A DNA stretch of 64,000 nt from Gemmatimonadales bacterium (GCA_041577295.1 JBFGJG010000001.1:32001-96000); one strand, 5' to 3'. Positions 1-9,441 are shown, numbered from the stretch's first letter. Numbers and translations: made by a program. The notes: generated by a model not told the origin, from the letters alone.

Positions 1-984
1 ATTCAACTCGGCGCCGATGCTGAGAAAGAACACGGGGGTGAAGATGTCGGCGACCGGCTTGATGCGTTCAGCGATGACGTCGAACTGGTTGGTGCCCGAG
101 AGAATGACACCAGCGGCAAACGCGCCGATGATCATGGCGGAGCCCGCTACGTCCGCGAGCGCTGACAAAATGAGCACGAAGGCGAAACCGCTCACGAGCA
201 GAATTCCCCGTACTCGCATGCGATCCAGCACCTCGAAGATCTTGGGAGCCACGACCAAACCCACACCGACAGCTAGCACGAGAAATCCGACGGCCGTGCC
301 AAGCGTGCGTCCCACGCCCAGCACCGTCACGGCGTTGCCCGCCGCGAGCGAGGAGACTAGTCCGAGGAGAACGAGGCCCAGCACGTCGTCGATCACCGCC
401 GCACCGATGATGAGCCGGGACTCGATGGAACGCATGACGCCCAGGTCCTGGAGGACGCGCGCGGTGATGCCGACGGACGTGGCGGTGAGCGTCGCACCCA
501 AAAAGATTGCCGTGGTCAACGTCCCCGCGGTGCTGTATTCGGCCTTCGCAATGGGCGAGATCCAAAACAGCACCCCCCCGACCATCGGCAGGACGACGCC
601 CACCAAGGCCACCGACGACGCGCCCGGCCCCACGCGAAACATCGCCTTGATGTCCGTCTCCAGTCCGATTTCGAAGAGCAGGATCACGACCCCGATCTCC
701 GCCATCAGCTTCACGATCTCGGTGAGGGGGTCATCGGGGGAAGTCGGAATGATCCCCAGCAGGCTGCCGCCAAGCAGCACTCCGGCAATCAGCTCACCGA
801 GTACGGCTGGTTGACCAATACGTTCGAACAGCTCACCGGAGAACTTTCCGGCCAACAGCATCACGGCGAAGACGAAGAACAGCCGCACCACCAGGGTGCT
901 GCCGTCCCCATCAGCCGCCGCCGCCCACAGCGGTCCCGGCACGGCCGTCATGAGCACGATGAGCGCTCCCAAGGTCCGAATCAC
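1..984 (-). CDS. Cation:proton antiporter (CPA2/Kef family), runs off window start
   Basis: Not in the ORF track (truncated). Manual minus-strand translation from GTG 984 gives VRLFFVFAVMLLAGKFSGELFERIGQPAVLGELIAGVLLG, a typical CPA2 N-terminus, followed by further hydrophobic segments. Confidence 0.85.
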   Translation of the reverse strand, partial: MIRTLGALIVLMTAVPGPLWAAAADGDGSTLVVRLFFVFAVMLLAGKFSGELFERIGQPAVLGELIAGVLLGGSLLGIIPTSPDDPLTEIVKLMAEIGVVILLFEIGLETDIKAMFRVGPGASSVALVGVVLPMVGGVLFWISPIAKAEYSTAGTLTTAIFLGATLTATSVGITARVLQDLGVMRSIESRLIIGAAVIDDVLGLVLLGLVSSLAAGNAVTVLGVGRTLGTAVGFLVLAVGVGLVVAPKIFEVLDRMRVRGILLVSGFAFVLILSALADVAGSAMIIGAFAAGVILSGTNQFDVIAERIKPVADIFTPVFFLSIGAELN

Positions 985-997
985 GAGTGAGATGGAC

Positions 998-1366
998 TCA
1001 AAGAGGTTGCCGGGCCTCGAGACGAACAGTGATAGGCCGAGTGTAGAAGGGAAAGACAAGGGTGTCGGGATACGAGGTGGTAATGCGGATTTCGCGCGGA
1101 CGCGCAAGGCGCTGGATCCGCACGCGGCGAGCGTCATCTGGCAGCTTGAGCTCTTCGACCTCAGCCAGGATGCGCCGCAGGATGACATCGTCGTCCAATC
1201 CCGGAGCCATCCGGGCTTGTTGCTTCATGGTATCGAGCAGTCGCCAGTAGCGATAGTACACGGTCCCGACGTTCACCGCGGTGTAGCCGATCAATACCAT
1301 GACCAGGATCGATACGAGGCAGCCGACACGTGATTTGCCCAACCTGCTCGCGGGAGATCTTACCAT
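998..1366 (-). CDS. Small single-TM membrane protein (DUF4845-like)
   Basis: 122 aa with an N-terminal TM (GCLVSILVMVLIGYTAV); overlaps the end of the upstream lptE-like gene. Confidence 0.6.
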   Translation of the reverse strand: MVRSPASRLGKSRVGCLVSILVMVLIGYTAVNVGTVYYRYWRLLDTMKQQARMAPGLDDDVILRRILAEVEELKLPDDARRVRIQRLARPREIRITTSYPDTLVFPFYTRPITVRLEARQPL

Positions 1367-1854
1367 TGAGATTGGGCTCCGTCCACGATGTCGGAGACGA
1401 GTTTCTCGAGGGCAACCTCCCGACCGCGCGCCTCCTCGGGCGGATCGTACTCACCGTCTACAGTGAGCCCCGACCGCTGCCACAGGGCTCGTTGGTCTCG
1501 CTGATCGAATATCTCAACGTTGATGGTCAGCTGAATACGACGACGGGTGACGGACACGTCGCCCTGGCGCTGGCCTGGCTGAAACGAAAGAGGAATATCC
1601 GGTTGATATCGAACGATCGTTCCACGGACGACGGCGTCTGCGGTCGTTTCCCCTGATGGGCGCAATCCCAACCGTCCTTCCATCGCTTCGCGAATGGCGT
1701 CGAACACTTCCTGCGTCAACGTGGGCTCGGCCGTCTGGTTATCGAACGGTAGGATCGCCACGGTACGGATGTGACCTGGCAAACCACCGCCAGCAAAGCC
1801 GTACAGGCATCCGCTCAGAACAGCGACCGGCCACACCAGCGTAATGGCCCGCAC
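1360..1854 (-). CDS. lptE: LPS assembly lipoprotein LptE-like
   Basis: Lipobox LSGC followed by LYGFAGGGLPGHIRTVAILPFDNQT, a typical LptE-family N-terminus; ends in W. Confidence 0.75.
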   Translation of the reverse strand: MRAITLVWPVAVLSGCLYGFAGGGLPGHIRTVAILPFDNQTAEPTLTQEVFDAIREAMEGRLGLRPSGETTADAVVRGTIVRYQPDIPLSFQPGQRQGDVSVTRRRIQLTINVEIFDQRDQRALWQRSGLTVDGEYDPPEEARGREVALEKLVSDIVDGAQSQW

Positions 1855-2574
1855 TCAGGGCTCCAACCACATGGTGGGATCGACCTCCGTAAACGGAACG
1901 ACCTCCTGCACGGTCATGAGAAACAGCGCCCCGGACGCGGGAAACAGTACCGTCGACTGAGTTGGAAGCTGGGATGTCTCGTCGAATGAGGTCTCGACGG
2001 TGCCCACCACATCCCCCTTCCTTCTGAATAGCGTGCGAAGACGGCGGCTGGACGCGGTCTGGATCACGTAGGTCAACGTGTCGCCGGCGTGCGCATAGCG
2101 CCACGCTCGCTCTCCCTCGATTGCCCGACCCGTGATCTCCGCGCTCACTGGCGCTGACAAGGGAATCCCGAGCGTTGCCCAAAACAGCGGCGCCGGTGGC
2201 ACCGGATTGCGATCCTCCGGTTTCGCCCAGTGCAGTGAATCCCCAATGATGACCGCCGCGCCGGACCGGCCGAAGGGAGCTCGGAAGTCGAATCGTAGCG
2301 AGTCAGGTGGTACCACTCGCACGGAGGCGCGCCCGCGCACCTGCCCCTTCTGTGTTTCGACCGTCCAGCGTACGTCGTACCGCCTCGGCCCGTCCGGAAT
2401 GAGCTCACGGACCCACGCGCCGGCCGTGTCGTTTGGGAGTGCGGGCATCAAAGCGGGCGCAATCGGGGCCACTCCGGTCCGGCACGCTGCCCCAGCCAGC
2501 GATGGAAGCGCGATCGCGAGCACCAGATTATAGGGCGACCAGCGGCGTAGGTCAAGCACAACCTGTTGTCTCAT
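1855..2574 (-). CDS. Hypothetical lipoprotein
   Basis: 239 aa with a hydrophobic signal ending AGAAC and a beta-rich mature part (SLRFDFRAPFG); abuts lptE. Confidence 0.6.
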   Translation of the reverse strand: MRQQVVLDLRRWSPYNLVLAIALPSLAGAACRTGVAPIAPALMPALPNDTAGAWVRELIPDGPRRYDVRWTVETQKGQVRGRASVRVVPPDSLRFDFRAPFGRSGAAVIIGDSLHWAKPEDRNPVPPAPLFWATLGIPLSAPVSAEITGRAIEGERAWRYAHAGDTLTYVIQTASSRRLRTLFRRKGDVVGTVETSFDETSQLPTQSTVLFPASGALFLMTVQEVVPFTEVDPTMWLEP

Positions 2575-2710
2575 CGACAGTTAAGTCTCTCAACGCACCG
2601 TGTCTTCATTGTTCGCCGCTGATGGTGATTCCGCTCAGAGGTAGTACCCGCACGGCCAATCCCACTACGCGTGCCGCTGATGGCGCGCGGCGCATGAAGA
2701 TAGATCATCC

Positions 2711-4747
2711 TCATTGACGTCGCACGGATCGAACGCGATCACCTTCTATTACTCGACTCAAGACCTCCAGGCCCTCGGTCACCCTCCCGATCGCCGGGTA
2801 TGTACCCTCCAGGTGAGGCTGCTCACTCAACGTCACGAAGAACTGGCTCCCTCCGGTGTTGGGGCCAAAGAGGGCCAGCCCCAGAGTGCCAGCCTCGAAC
2901 AGCTGTCTGCCAAGCTCGTCCCTGAGCGAGAACCCTGCACCGCCCCAGCCATCGCCGCGGGGGTCTCCAGTCTGCGCCACAAAATCCGCGACCACTCGAT
3001 GGAAGAGCTGCCCATCGTAGAAGCGCTGTTCCGTCAAACGCAGGACGGTGCTAACGGCAATTGGTGCGTCGGCCGCGAAGAGCTCTACCACGAACGCGCC
3101 GCGGTCCGTCTCCACGAGGACGCGCGGCGGTCGCTCGCCGCGTTGGGTTGGCAATAAGAGTCGACGGGCGATGTCGCGATAATCGCCCACCTGCCGCGTG
3201 GTCTCGATTGGGGTCACCGGTCCCCACCGGCTGGTGGATCCTGGAATCATCGACGCAGCGGCCCGACGGACGAGGTAATCGTCACAGCTGGGAAAGCGGC
3301 GAAACAGCTCGTCCTCCACGGCGACTCGCCCGGCGACGCCGGTGCGAGCGATCGAACCGAGTGCCTCGATCACGGCGAGCCGAGCATCGGGAATCGAGTC
3401 GCGCAACGCCACTTCGTAAGCGTTCACCAGCGGCGTGACGTCCGATCTTCGGGGGCTGGCCGCCATGGCCTTCGCCGCGAAAGTGCGCACCACTGGATCG
3501 CGATGCTCGAGAAGGCGAGGAGCGAGCTCGCGGGCTCGCGCCGTATCGACCAGTGCGAGTGCCGCTGCTGCTTGGGCCACGACGCGTCCGTCGGCATCAC
3601 GCGCCAGGGATTCGAGCGCGCGCGATGCCGTATCGCCACCCACTACCGCGAGCACCTCGGCGGCCGCCGCGCGCTCCTGCCAACTCCTGCTTCGGATGAG
3701 GGGGGTTGTCAACGCGAGAACGTAAGATGGTTCGACGCGTGCGAGGCCTCGGAGCACGTATCGTCGATAAGGGTCTGCGACCTCGTTGGCGAGGTCACGA
3801 AGAAGCGGGGCCACGCTCGCGGTCTCGAGCGTGGCCAGGGCGGCGAGGGCCTCCAAGCGCACCCGTGGATCCAGATCGGTCACGCGCCCGCCGATCGCGC
3901 TCGGCAGCCACGAGAGGTCCGCAAAGGTGGCGAGTGCGCGAACCGCGGCGATCCGCACCTCGGGCGCGATGTCATCGAGGAATCGCCGCAACCGCGCCGC
4001 GACCGAAGCCGGCTCACCACCAGCGTCGTTGACGTACGCCGCTGTGAGGGACCGGACGGCGACCTTGCGCACGAACACGTCGGCGTCGTCGGTTGCCCGC
4101 ATGAGCAGTGGCAGACTGCTCGGATGGCCAATCCGGGCGAGCGAGTAAATGGCCCAGCGCCGTCCGCTCGGGTCGGGATGCTCTGCCGCCCTCATGAGCT
4201 CCTCAACCGGGGCCGAACTCCCCACGCGCCACGCTTCGCGCAGGCCCCGGAGGATCGCGGGCGAGACACGGCCGCCCTGCGTGGCGCCTACTCCTAGATC
4301 CAACAGATCGCGGAGGACGCCGGCTCCCACGCTACCCCCGATCTTCACCACTGCGGCGATCGCCTCTGCGTGGAGCTGCGTGTGCCTGTCGGGAGTCGTG
4401 TCGATAATGAGGTCCCGGAGGCGTCCCACCGCTTCTTCCGTTCCCAGTTCTCCGAGTGCGAATACGGCGTCCAGTCGTACGGTCGTATCGGGATCGACAA
4501 GGAGGCTTACCAGAGCGGGTAAGGCGGCGACATCTCCGATCCTGCCCATGGCCAGAGCGGCATGTCGCCTGACGATCGGTGACGGATGCCGTGAGGCTGC
4601 AACGAAGGTGGTTGGGTCGTAACGCCGCGCATCCTCGGCGGCCAGGGTGGCGGCGAGCAAGTCCACAATCGCTTCGTCCTGCGCTGGTGCGGCAGGCGCA
4701 GCCGTTGTGAGGACGATGCTAAATACGAACGGGATCCGGGACGGCAA
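2711..4747 (-). CDS. HEAT-repeat protein with C-terminal cyclophilin-type peptidyl-prolyl isomerase
   Basis: Many VR..A..ALG HEAT-like repeats; C-terminal FHRVVADFVAQTGDPRGDGWGG and GGSQFF cyclophilin motifs. TTG 4747 chosen as start because it yields a signal peptide. Confidence 0.85.
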   Translation of the reverse strand: MPSRIPFVFSIVLTTAAPAAPAQDEAIVDLLAATLAAEDARRYDPTTFVAASRHPSPIVRRHAALAMGRIGDVAALPALVSLLVDPDTTVRLDAVFALGELGTEEAVGRLRDLIIDTTPDRHTQLHAEAIAAVVKIGGSVGAGVLRDLLDLGVGATQGGRVSPAILRGLREAWRVGSSAPVEELMRAAEHPDPSGRRWAIYSLARIGHPSSLPLLMRATDDADVFVRKVAVRSLTAAYVNDAGGEPASVAARLRRFLDDIAPEVRIAAVRALATFADLSWLPSAIGGRVTDLDPRVRLEALAALATLETASVAPLLRDLANEVADPYRRYVLRGLARVEPSYVLALTTPLIRSRSWQERAAAAEVLAVVGGDTASRALESLARDADGRVVAQAAAALALVDTARARELAPRLLEHRDPVVRTFAAKAMAASPRRSDVTPLVNAYEVALRDSIPDARLAVIEALGSIARTGVAGRVAVEDELFRRFPSCDDYLVRRAAASMIPGSTSRWGPVTPIETTRQVGDYRDIARRLLLPTQRGERPPRVLVETDRGAFVVELFAADAPIAVSTVLRLTEQRFYDGQLFHRVVADFVAQTGDPRGDGWGGAGFSLRDELGRQLFEAGTLGLALFGPNTGGSQFFVTLSEQPHLEGTYPAIGRVTEGLEVLSRVIEGDRVRSVRRQ

Positions 4748-5135
4748 CCAAGAGTTCGCGCACCGACGCCGGCAGTCGCGTGACCGCATGGCTCGAATCT
4801 ACCGCGATCAGTGATGTTTGTGCCGTCGCCAAGAGGCGCCCGTCCTCCGGTCGGTCGATAGCGTAGCCAAACGTCACGTCGCGGCTGGTGGTCTCACGAA
4901 CCCAGCACCGTACCCTGACCACATCGTCGTAGCGGGCTGGTGCTCGATACCGCACCAGGGCCTCGATGACGGGGAGCCTCAGCCCCTGCCCCTCTAATTC
5001 GCGGTAGCTGACGCCCCGCTCTCGCATGTGATCTGTGCGCGCGGACTCACACCAGATGAGGTAGTTGGCGTGGTGGACAACCCCCATCTGATCGGTCTCG
5101 GCGTAGCGGACACGAAGCTCAATAGAGGTGATCAA
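4719..5135 (-). CDS. Acyl-CoA thioesterase (YbgC/FadM hotdog family)
   Basis: RVRYAETDQMGVVHHANYLIW signature. Confidence 0.9.
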   Translation of the reverse strand: MITSIELRVRYAETDQMGVVHHANYLIWCESARTDHMRERGVSYRELEGQGLRLPVIEALVRYRAPARYDDVVRVRCWVRETTSRDVTFGYAIDRPEDGRLLATAQTSLIAVDSSHAVTRLPASVRELLVAVPDPVRI

Positions 5136-5143
5136 TACAAGAG

Positions 5144-5179
5144 CGGATAGACGGGATAGAGGGGATAGAAGGGATAGAA
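5144..5179. repeat. Four tandem 9-bp repeats (GGGATAGAN)
   Basis: cggatagac gggatagag gggatagaa gggatagaa fills the pduL-thioesterase intergenic gap. Confidence 0.85.
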
Positions 5180-5182
5180 CGC

Positions 5183-6238
5183 CTACCCTTCCACCCAGAT
5201 GCCGAGGGCCTTGGCGCGGTCGCGGGCCGCGGGCGTGATCAGGTACGGGCTCGCGGGACCGAGGGTTTGCCCGCTAGCCGCGAGCGCTGCGACATCTCGT
5301 TCCGTCAGAACCGGACGCCGCCCATTTGACTTGGGTGCTGCCCGTCGCTGGGGACGACCGACCAAGCGAGCGACGTCACCGGTCTTCACGCCAAAGGCGT
5401 TCGCCTCGTCCGTGTCGAGGTGGATTTCTGTAGCGTGGGTCGAGCCCGAGCGAACCAGAACGTCATGGAGGGTCGTCTGGCGATCCCCGGCACCGACTAC
5501 GATGGTCACGCGATCGCCGTCCGCTATCCCCAAGCGCGCCGCGTCGCCGGGCGAAACGTGCACGTGGCGCGCCGCGATGATTGCCCCCTGCGGAAGCTCA
5601 ACGGTTCCGCTCGGTCCCTCGAGCCGTACCGCCGCACTCCCCGCAACGTTGCCAGAATGCCTGATGGGGGCATCGATCCCGATGCGTCGGCAGTCCTGAA
5701 CGGAGAGCTCGACCTGGGTGGCTTGCCGCGTTGGCCCAACGATGCGCACGCCCTCCACTGCGCCACCCGGACCGACGACCCGCAATCGCTCTCGCGCCGC
5801 GAACTGTCCAGGTTGGGTAATAGGCCGATCGGGTGTGAGGTGCTTTCCCGGGCCAAACAGCTGCTCGACGTGCGACTGCGTGATGTGGATGTGGCGGTTC
5901 GAGATGGCAACGGGCACGGTCTTACCAGAGACGGCTCGCTCTGCGACCGTTTGCTTCCCGCCGGGCATCGGCGCCGGCCCCCTCCCCGCCGCGGCTGCGC
6001 GCCACGCTACCGTGATAGCGTCGTATGCCGCGCGGTGCTTGCCGGGTTGGGTCTTCCGGCCCACGACCGGGGCCACGTCGCTCAGGGTTTGCGCGGCGGC
6101 GGACCACGGTTTGAGCTGACCGGGGGTCGGTGAGCCTGGAGGCTCGGGACGGACCGGCCGGGGCAACCATGCGTCCGAGCGGCCTTTAATGCGTTCGGCG
6201 ATGCGCGCGGCCAACGCCTGCATTTCCTCAGGCGTCAT
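5183..6238 (-). CDS. pduL: Phosphate propanoyltransferase PduL/PTAC with N- and C-terminal extensions
   Basis: SNRHIH, QPGQFAA, ARHVH and HLDTDEANA PduL motifs; N-terminal amphipathic helix. Confidence 0.92.
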   Translation of the reverse strand: MTPEEMQALAARIAERIKGRSDAWLPRPVRPEPPGSPTPGQLKPWSAAAQTLSDVAPVVGRKTQPGKHRAAYDAITVAWRAAAAGRGPAPMPGGKQTVAERAVSGKTVPVAISNRHIHITQSHVEQLFGPGKHLTPDRPITQPGQFAARERLRVVGPGGAVEGVRIVGPTRQATQVELSVQDCRRIGIDAPIRHSGNVAGSAAVRLEGPSGTVELPQGAIIAARHVHVSPGDAARLGIADGDRVTIVVGAGDRQTTLHDVLVRSGSTHATEIHLDTDEANAFGVKTGDVARLVGRPQRRAAPKSNGRRPVLTERDVAALAASGQTLGPASPYLITPAARDRAKALGIWVEG

Positions 6239-7758
6239 ACTTTCCTCCGAACCCGCCGTTCAGCGAGGAACGCCTCGACCGCACGGGCGATTTCGTCGGC
6301 CGGGTCGCTCCCGGACCGCTTCGCCACTTGGCCTGCCGTGGCTAGCTGCTTTGCCGCACCCGGCGACGTTTGCGACCGTCGGTCCGCGCTCGGGGCGTCC
6401 ACCGCAACGTACGATCGTGTCTCGTAGGCGAGCCGCTTCACGTTGACCAAGTGGAGTGGTGTGATGTTGTCACTGGTGGATGAGCCACCCCAGGTGCCCG
6501 GCCCGAGTGTCATGGCAGGTGCGAGACCAGTGGTGTAGCCCACCGCGCCGACGGCGGCGACCGTATTCACGAGAATGCGGAACGCGGGCTTCTCCTCGAA
6601 GAATCGTGTAATCACGTGCTCGTCGCGGCTGTGGATGACCAGCGAGTGCCCGATGCCACCGAAGTTGAGCAGCTCGATGCTACGATCGCAGCATCGTTCC
6701 CAGCCATCCTCCAGGTAAAACGCGAGCACGGGAGACAACTTCTCTCGCGAAAAGAGCTCTTGGGGTCCCACCGACTCGCACTCGACCACCAGGATCCTCG
6801 TATCCCCCGGGACTCCGATGCCCGCGCGTTGAGCGATCTCCGTCGCTGGAAGCCCAACGATGGCCGTGTTGATGCCGCCGGTCTTGGGGTCTTGCATCAG
6901 GCGTTGGAGCCGAGTGCGGTCATCCCCGGTTACGAATACGGCACGCTCGCGCTTGAGAGCCGCACGGACCTCCCGCTCAACGGGACGATCACAGATGAGC
7001 GAGTTTTCCGCGGAGCACAGGAGACCGTAGTCGAAATTCTTCCCGGCCACGACATCTGCCACCGCTTTATCGACATCTGCGGTTCGCTCGACGATCGCCG
7101 GCACATTGCCCGGTCCCACACCATACGCCGGTTTGCCCGAGCTGTACGCTGCGCGCACCATGCCGTATCCACCGGTTGCGAGAATCACGGCGGTGCGCTT
7201 GTGTCGCATCAGCTCGTTCGTTCCCTCGAGTGTCGGTGTCGCCATGGACAGAATGAGATCGTCCGGCGCTCCCGCCGAGCGCGCCGCCTGCTGCATGACC
7301 TGCACCGATTCGACGACACACTCCGTGGCGCGAGGATGTGGGGACATGACGATGGCGTTGCGGGCCTTCACCGCGATCAACGCTTTGTAGATGGCGGTGG
7401 AGGTGGGGTTGGTGGTGGGAATCAGCGCAGCCACCACTCCCATGGGCACGGCGAGCTCGCGCACACGCGCGTCGGGGAGCTCGCGAATCACGCCACAGGT
7501 TTTCAGGCCAAGGATGTAGTTCTTGACGTCGACGGCGCTGAACAGGTTTTTGGTGATTTTGTCTTCGAAGCGGCCCATGCGGGTTTCGTCCACCGCTCGA
7601 CGGGCCAGCCGTTCGGCCTCGCGTTCGCTCGCCGAGCCCATGGCCTCGACGATGCGGTCGACGTCCTCCTGCGAAGCATGCTTGAAACGCTCGGCGGCCG
7701 CGTGCGCTCGACCAACCAGATCCCGCGCTTCTTGGATGGACTGGAGGTCACGATCCAT
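6235..7758 (-). CDS. CoA-acylating aldehyde dehydrogenase (EutE/PduP/AdhE-N type)
   Basis: DRDLQSIQEAR N-terminus, PTTNPTST, ATGG, GVGPGN, catalytic C in LCSAEN, EKLSP; C-terminal encapsulation-peptide-like helix. Confidence 0.92.
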   Translation of the reverse strand: MDRDLQSIQEARDLVGRAHAAAERFKHASQEDVDRIVEAMGSASEREAERLARRAVDETRMGRFEDKITKNLFSAVDVKNYILGLKTCGVIRELPDARVRELAVPMGVVAALIPTTNPTSTAIYKALIAVKARNAIVMSPHPRATECVVESVQVMQQAARSAGAPDDLILSMATPTLEGTNELMRHKRTAVILATGGYGMVRAAYSSGKPAYGVGPGNVPAIVERTADVDKAVADVVAGKNFDYGLLCSAENSLICDRPVEREVRAALKRERAVFVTGDDRTRLQRLMQDPKTGGINTAIVGLPATEIAQRAGIGVPGDTRILVVECESVGPQELFSREKLSPVLAFYLEDGWERCCDRSIELLNFGGIGHSLVIHSRDEHVITRFFEEKPAFRILVNTVAAVGAVGYTTGLAPAMTLGPGTWGGSSTSDNITPLHLVNVKRLAYETRSYVAVDAPSADRRSQTSPGAAKQLATAGQVAKRSGSDPADEIARAVEAFLAERRVRRKV

Positions 7759-7810
7759 GAGCGCTCAGCGCATCGGCGTGGAGGGAAATGGCACGGACCG
7801 TCGCGGCATT

Positions 7811-8287
7811 CTAGAGGAGACCGAGCTTCTCGAAGCCGCCCAGGATTTCTTCTCTGCTGGCGCGCGCAAGCGCTCGTCCGCGGATGGGGAAATCCTCGAC
7901 CCGGCGCGCGGCGCGGCGCAACTCAACCACCCGCATGTTGCGCAGGTGCTCCGGGGCCAGTGAGATCGGACCATCTCCGGACGGATTCCCGGTGGTGTTC
8001 GCGCCGTGCACGTCCTCTGAGATCACGTCGATCCCAGGATCCGGCTGCGGGATGACGTGCACGGCAACCAGCTGGCCCACCCGCTCCGCCGCCGCCGCGC
8101 CTGCATCCACTGCCGCTTTTGCCGCCGCGACGTCTCCCTGAAACTGTACCGTGACGAGCCCGGCATCGGCGTACTCTACGCCAAGCAGCTCGACATCGGC
8201 CGCTTTCACCCCGGCGTCGGCCGCTTCGAGGGCTCCCACCAGTCCACGAGTCTCGATGAGCCCGAGGGCCCGGCCCGACCAGGCCAC
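7811..8287 (-). CDS. BMC hexamer shell protein with C-terminal extension (PduK/EutK-like)
   Basis: ALGLIETRGLVGALEAADAGVKAA...GDVAAAKAAVDAG...HVIPQP BMC domain plus an ~60-aa tail. Confidence 0.9.
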   Translation of the reverse strand: MAWSGRALGLIETRGLVGALEAADAGVKAADVELLGVEYADAGLVTVQFQGDVAAAKAAVDAGAAAAERVGQLVAVHVIPQPDPGIDVISEDVHGANTTGNPSGDGPISLAPEHLRNMRVVELRRAARRVEDFPIRGRALARASREEILGGFEKLGLL

Positions 8288-8290
8288 CGG

Positions 8291-8578
8291 TTAACCCTCT
8301 TCGGAGCGCTGCGGGAGTATGAGCTCCAGCTCCTGGTGAGGACGCGGAATGACGTGGACCGACACCAGCTCACCGACACGATCAGCAGCTGCCGCGCCGG
8401 CATCCGTGGCCGCTTTCACGGCCCCGACATCGCCGCGCACCATCACCGTCACATAGCCGCCGCCGACCTTTTCCTTGCCAACGAGCCGGACGGGGGCTGC
8501 CTTGACCATCGCATCAGCAGCTTCGATCGACCCAACGAGGCCCTTCGTTTCGATGAGCCCCAGCGCATTGTCCGACAT
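8291..8578 (-). CDS. BMC hexamer shell protein (EutM/PduA/CcmK-like)
   Basis: [13 protein letters not shown]...[13 protein letters not shown]...HVIPRPH; canonical 95-aa BMC-H. Confidence 0.95.
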   Translation of the reverse strand: MSDNALGLIETKGLVGSIEAADAMVKAAPVRLVGKEKVGGGYVTVMVRGDVGAVKAATDAGAAAADRVGELVSVHVIPRPHQELELILPQRSEEG

Positions 8579-8700
8579 CGAGCATCCTCCGTTGGGAGCA
8601 CGGGTGGGTGGAAGCGGGAGCAAATTAAGGTGCTCCCGCGAGAAAAGTCAATAACGACACTAGGTTGCGACTCCAGAGCGTACGTCCGTATACTCTCGAC

Positions 8701-9441
8701 GTGTCTCAGCTGCCCACGCTCGTTGTCTCGGACGCCCATCTGGGTCAGGTGCCTCACGCGATCGCCGATGCTTTTCATCGGTTCCTCCGGCAAGTGCCCG
8801 ATCTCACCTCGCACCTCATCGTGAATGGCGATCTGTTCGATTTCTGGTTTGAGTATCGCACGGTTATCCCCCGCTCCGCCTTTCGGACGCTGACGGCACT
8901 TGCCCGCCTCACCTCGTCCGGGACGCGGGTCACCGTCACCGGGGGCAACCACGATCGTTGGGGAGATGACTTTTGGGAGAAGGAGGTGGGCGCGAGCTTT
9001 CATCGCCACGCGGTCGAGCTGGACGTGGAAGGGCTGCGCACGCTCGTGACCCACGGCGACGGGATGGACGGCAACCTCAGCTCACGGATTCTTCAGGCAG
9101 TAACGCGGTTTCCGCTGACACCGGCGCTGTTTCGGTGGGTCCATCCGGATCTGGGGATCGCCATGGTTCGGCGAATGTCCGGTACCGTGGCGGTCGGAAG
9201 CCGTCGTGAGGAGATGCTGAGGAACTCGGCGAAGGCGCAGGACGCGCATGCGCGCTCACTCATGCAGCGACGGAGCGACCTCGATCTGGTGATCTTTGGG
9301 CACACACACTTGCCCGTGGTCGTCGAACTCGAGCCGGGGCGGTGGTACGCGAATCCTGGGGCGTGGATGGAAGGTTTACGCTACCTCGAGGTGACGGCGG
9401 ACGGCCCCGTATTACGGCAGTTCAGTCCCAATACACCCTGA
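8701..9441 (+). CDS. lpxH: UDP-2,3-diacylglucosamine hydrolase (calcineurin-like metallophosphoesterase)
   Basis: SDAHLG, GDLFDFW, GNHD, HGD and GHTH motifs. Confidence 0.8.
   Translation: MSQLPTLVVSDAHLGQVPHAIADAFHRFLRQVPDLTSHLIVNGDLFDFWFEYRTVIPRSAFRTLTALARLTSSGTRVTVTGGNHDRWGDDFWEKEVGASFHRHAVELDVEGLRTLVTHGDGMDGNLSSRILQAVTRFPLTPALFRWVHPDLGIAMVRRMSGTVAVGSRREEMLRNSAKAQDAHARSLMQRRSDLDLVIFGHTHLPVVVELEPGRWYANPGAWMEGLRYLEVTADGPVLRQFSPNTP

Noticed and set aside
2603..2700. GCCGCTGATGG direct repeat (2615, 2673) and a short tcttcat/atgaaga inverted pair
   Set aside because: Only two short copies; not a CRISPR array and too weak to call an RNA element.
6616..8055. 479-aa plus-strand ORF over the BMC genes (likewise 17-814, 36623-37876, 58686-59966 and many others)
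   Set aside because: Antisense or alternate-frame ORFs expected at this GC content; each overlaps a well-supported gene.
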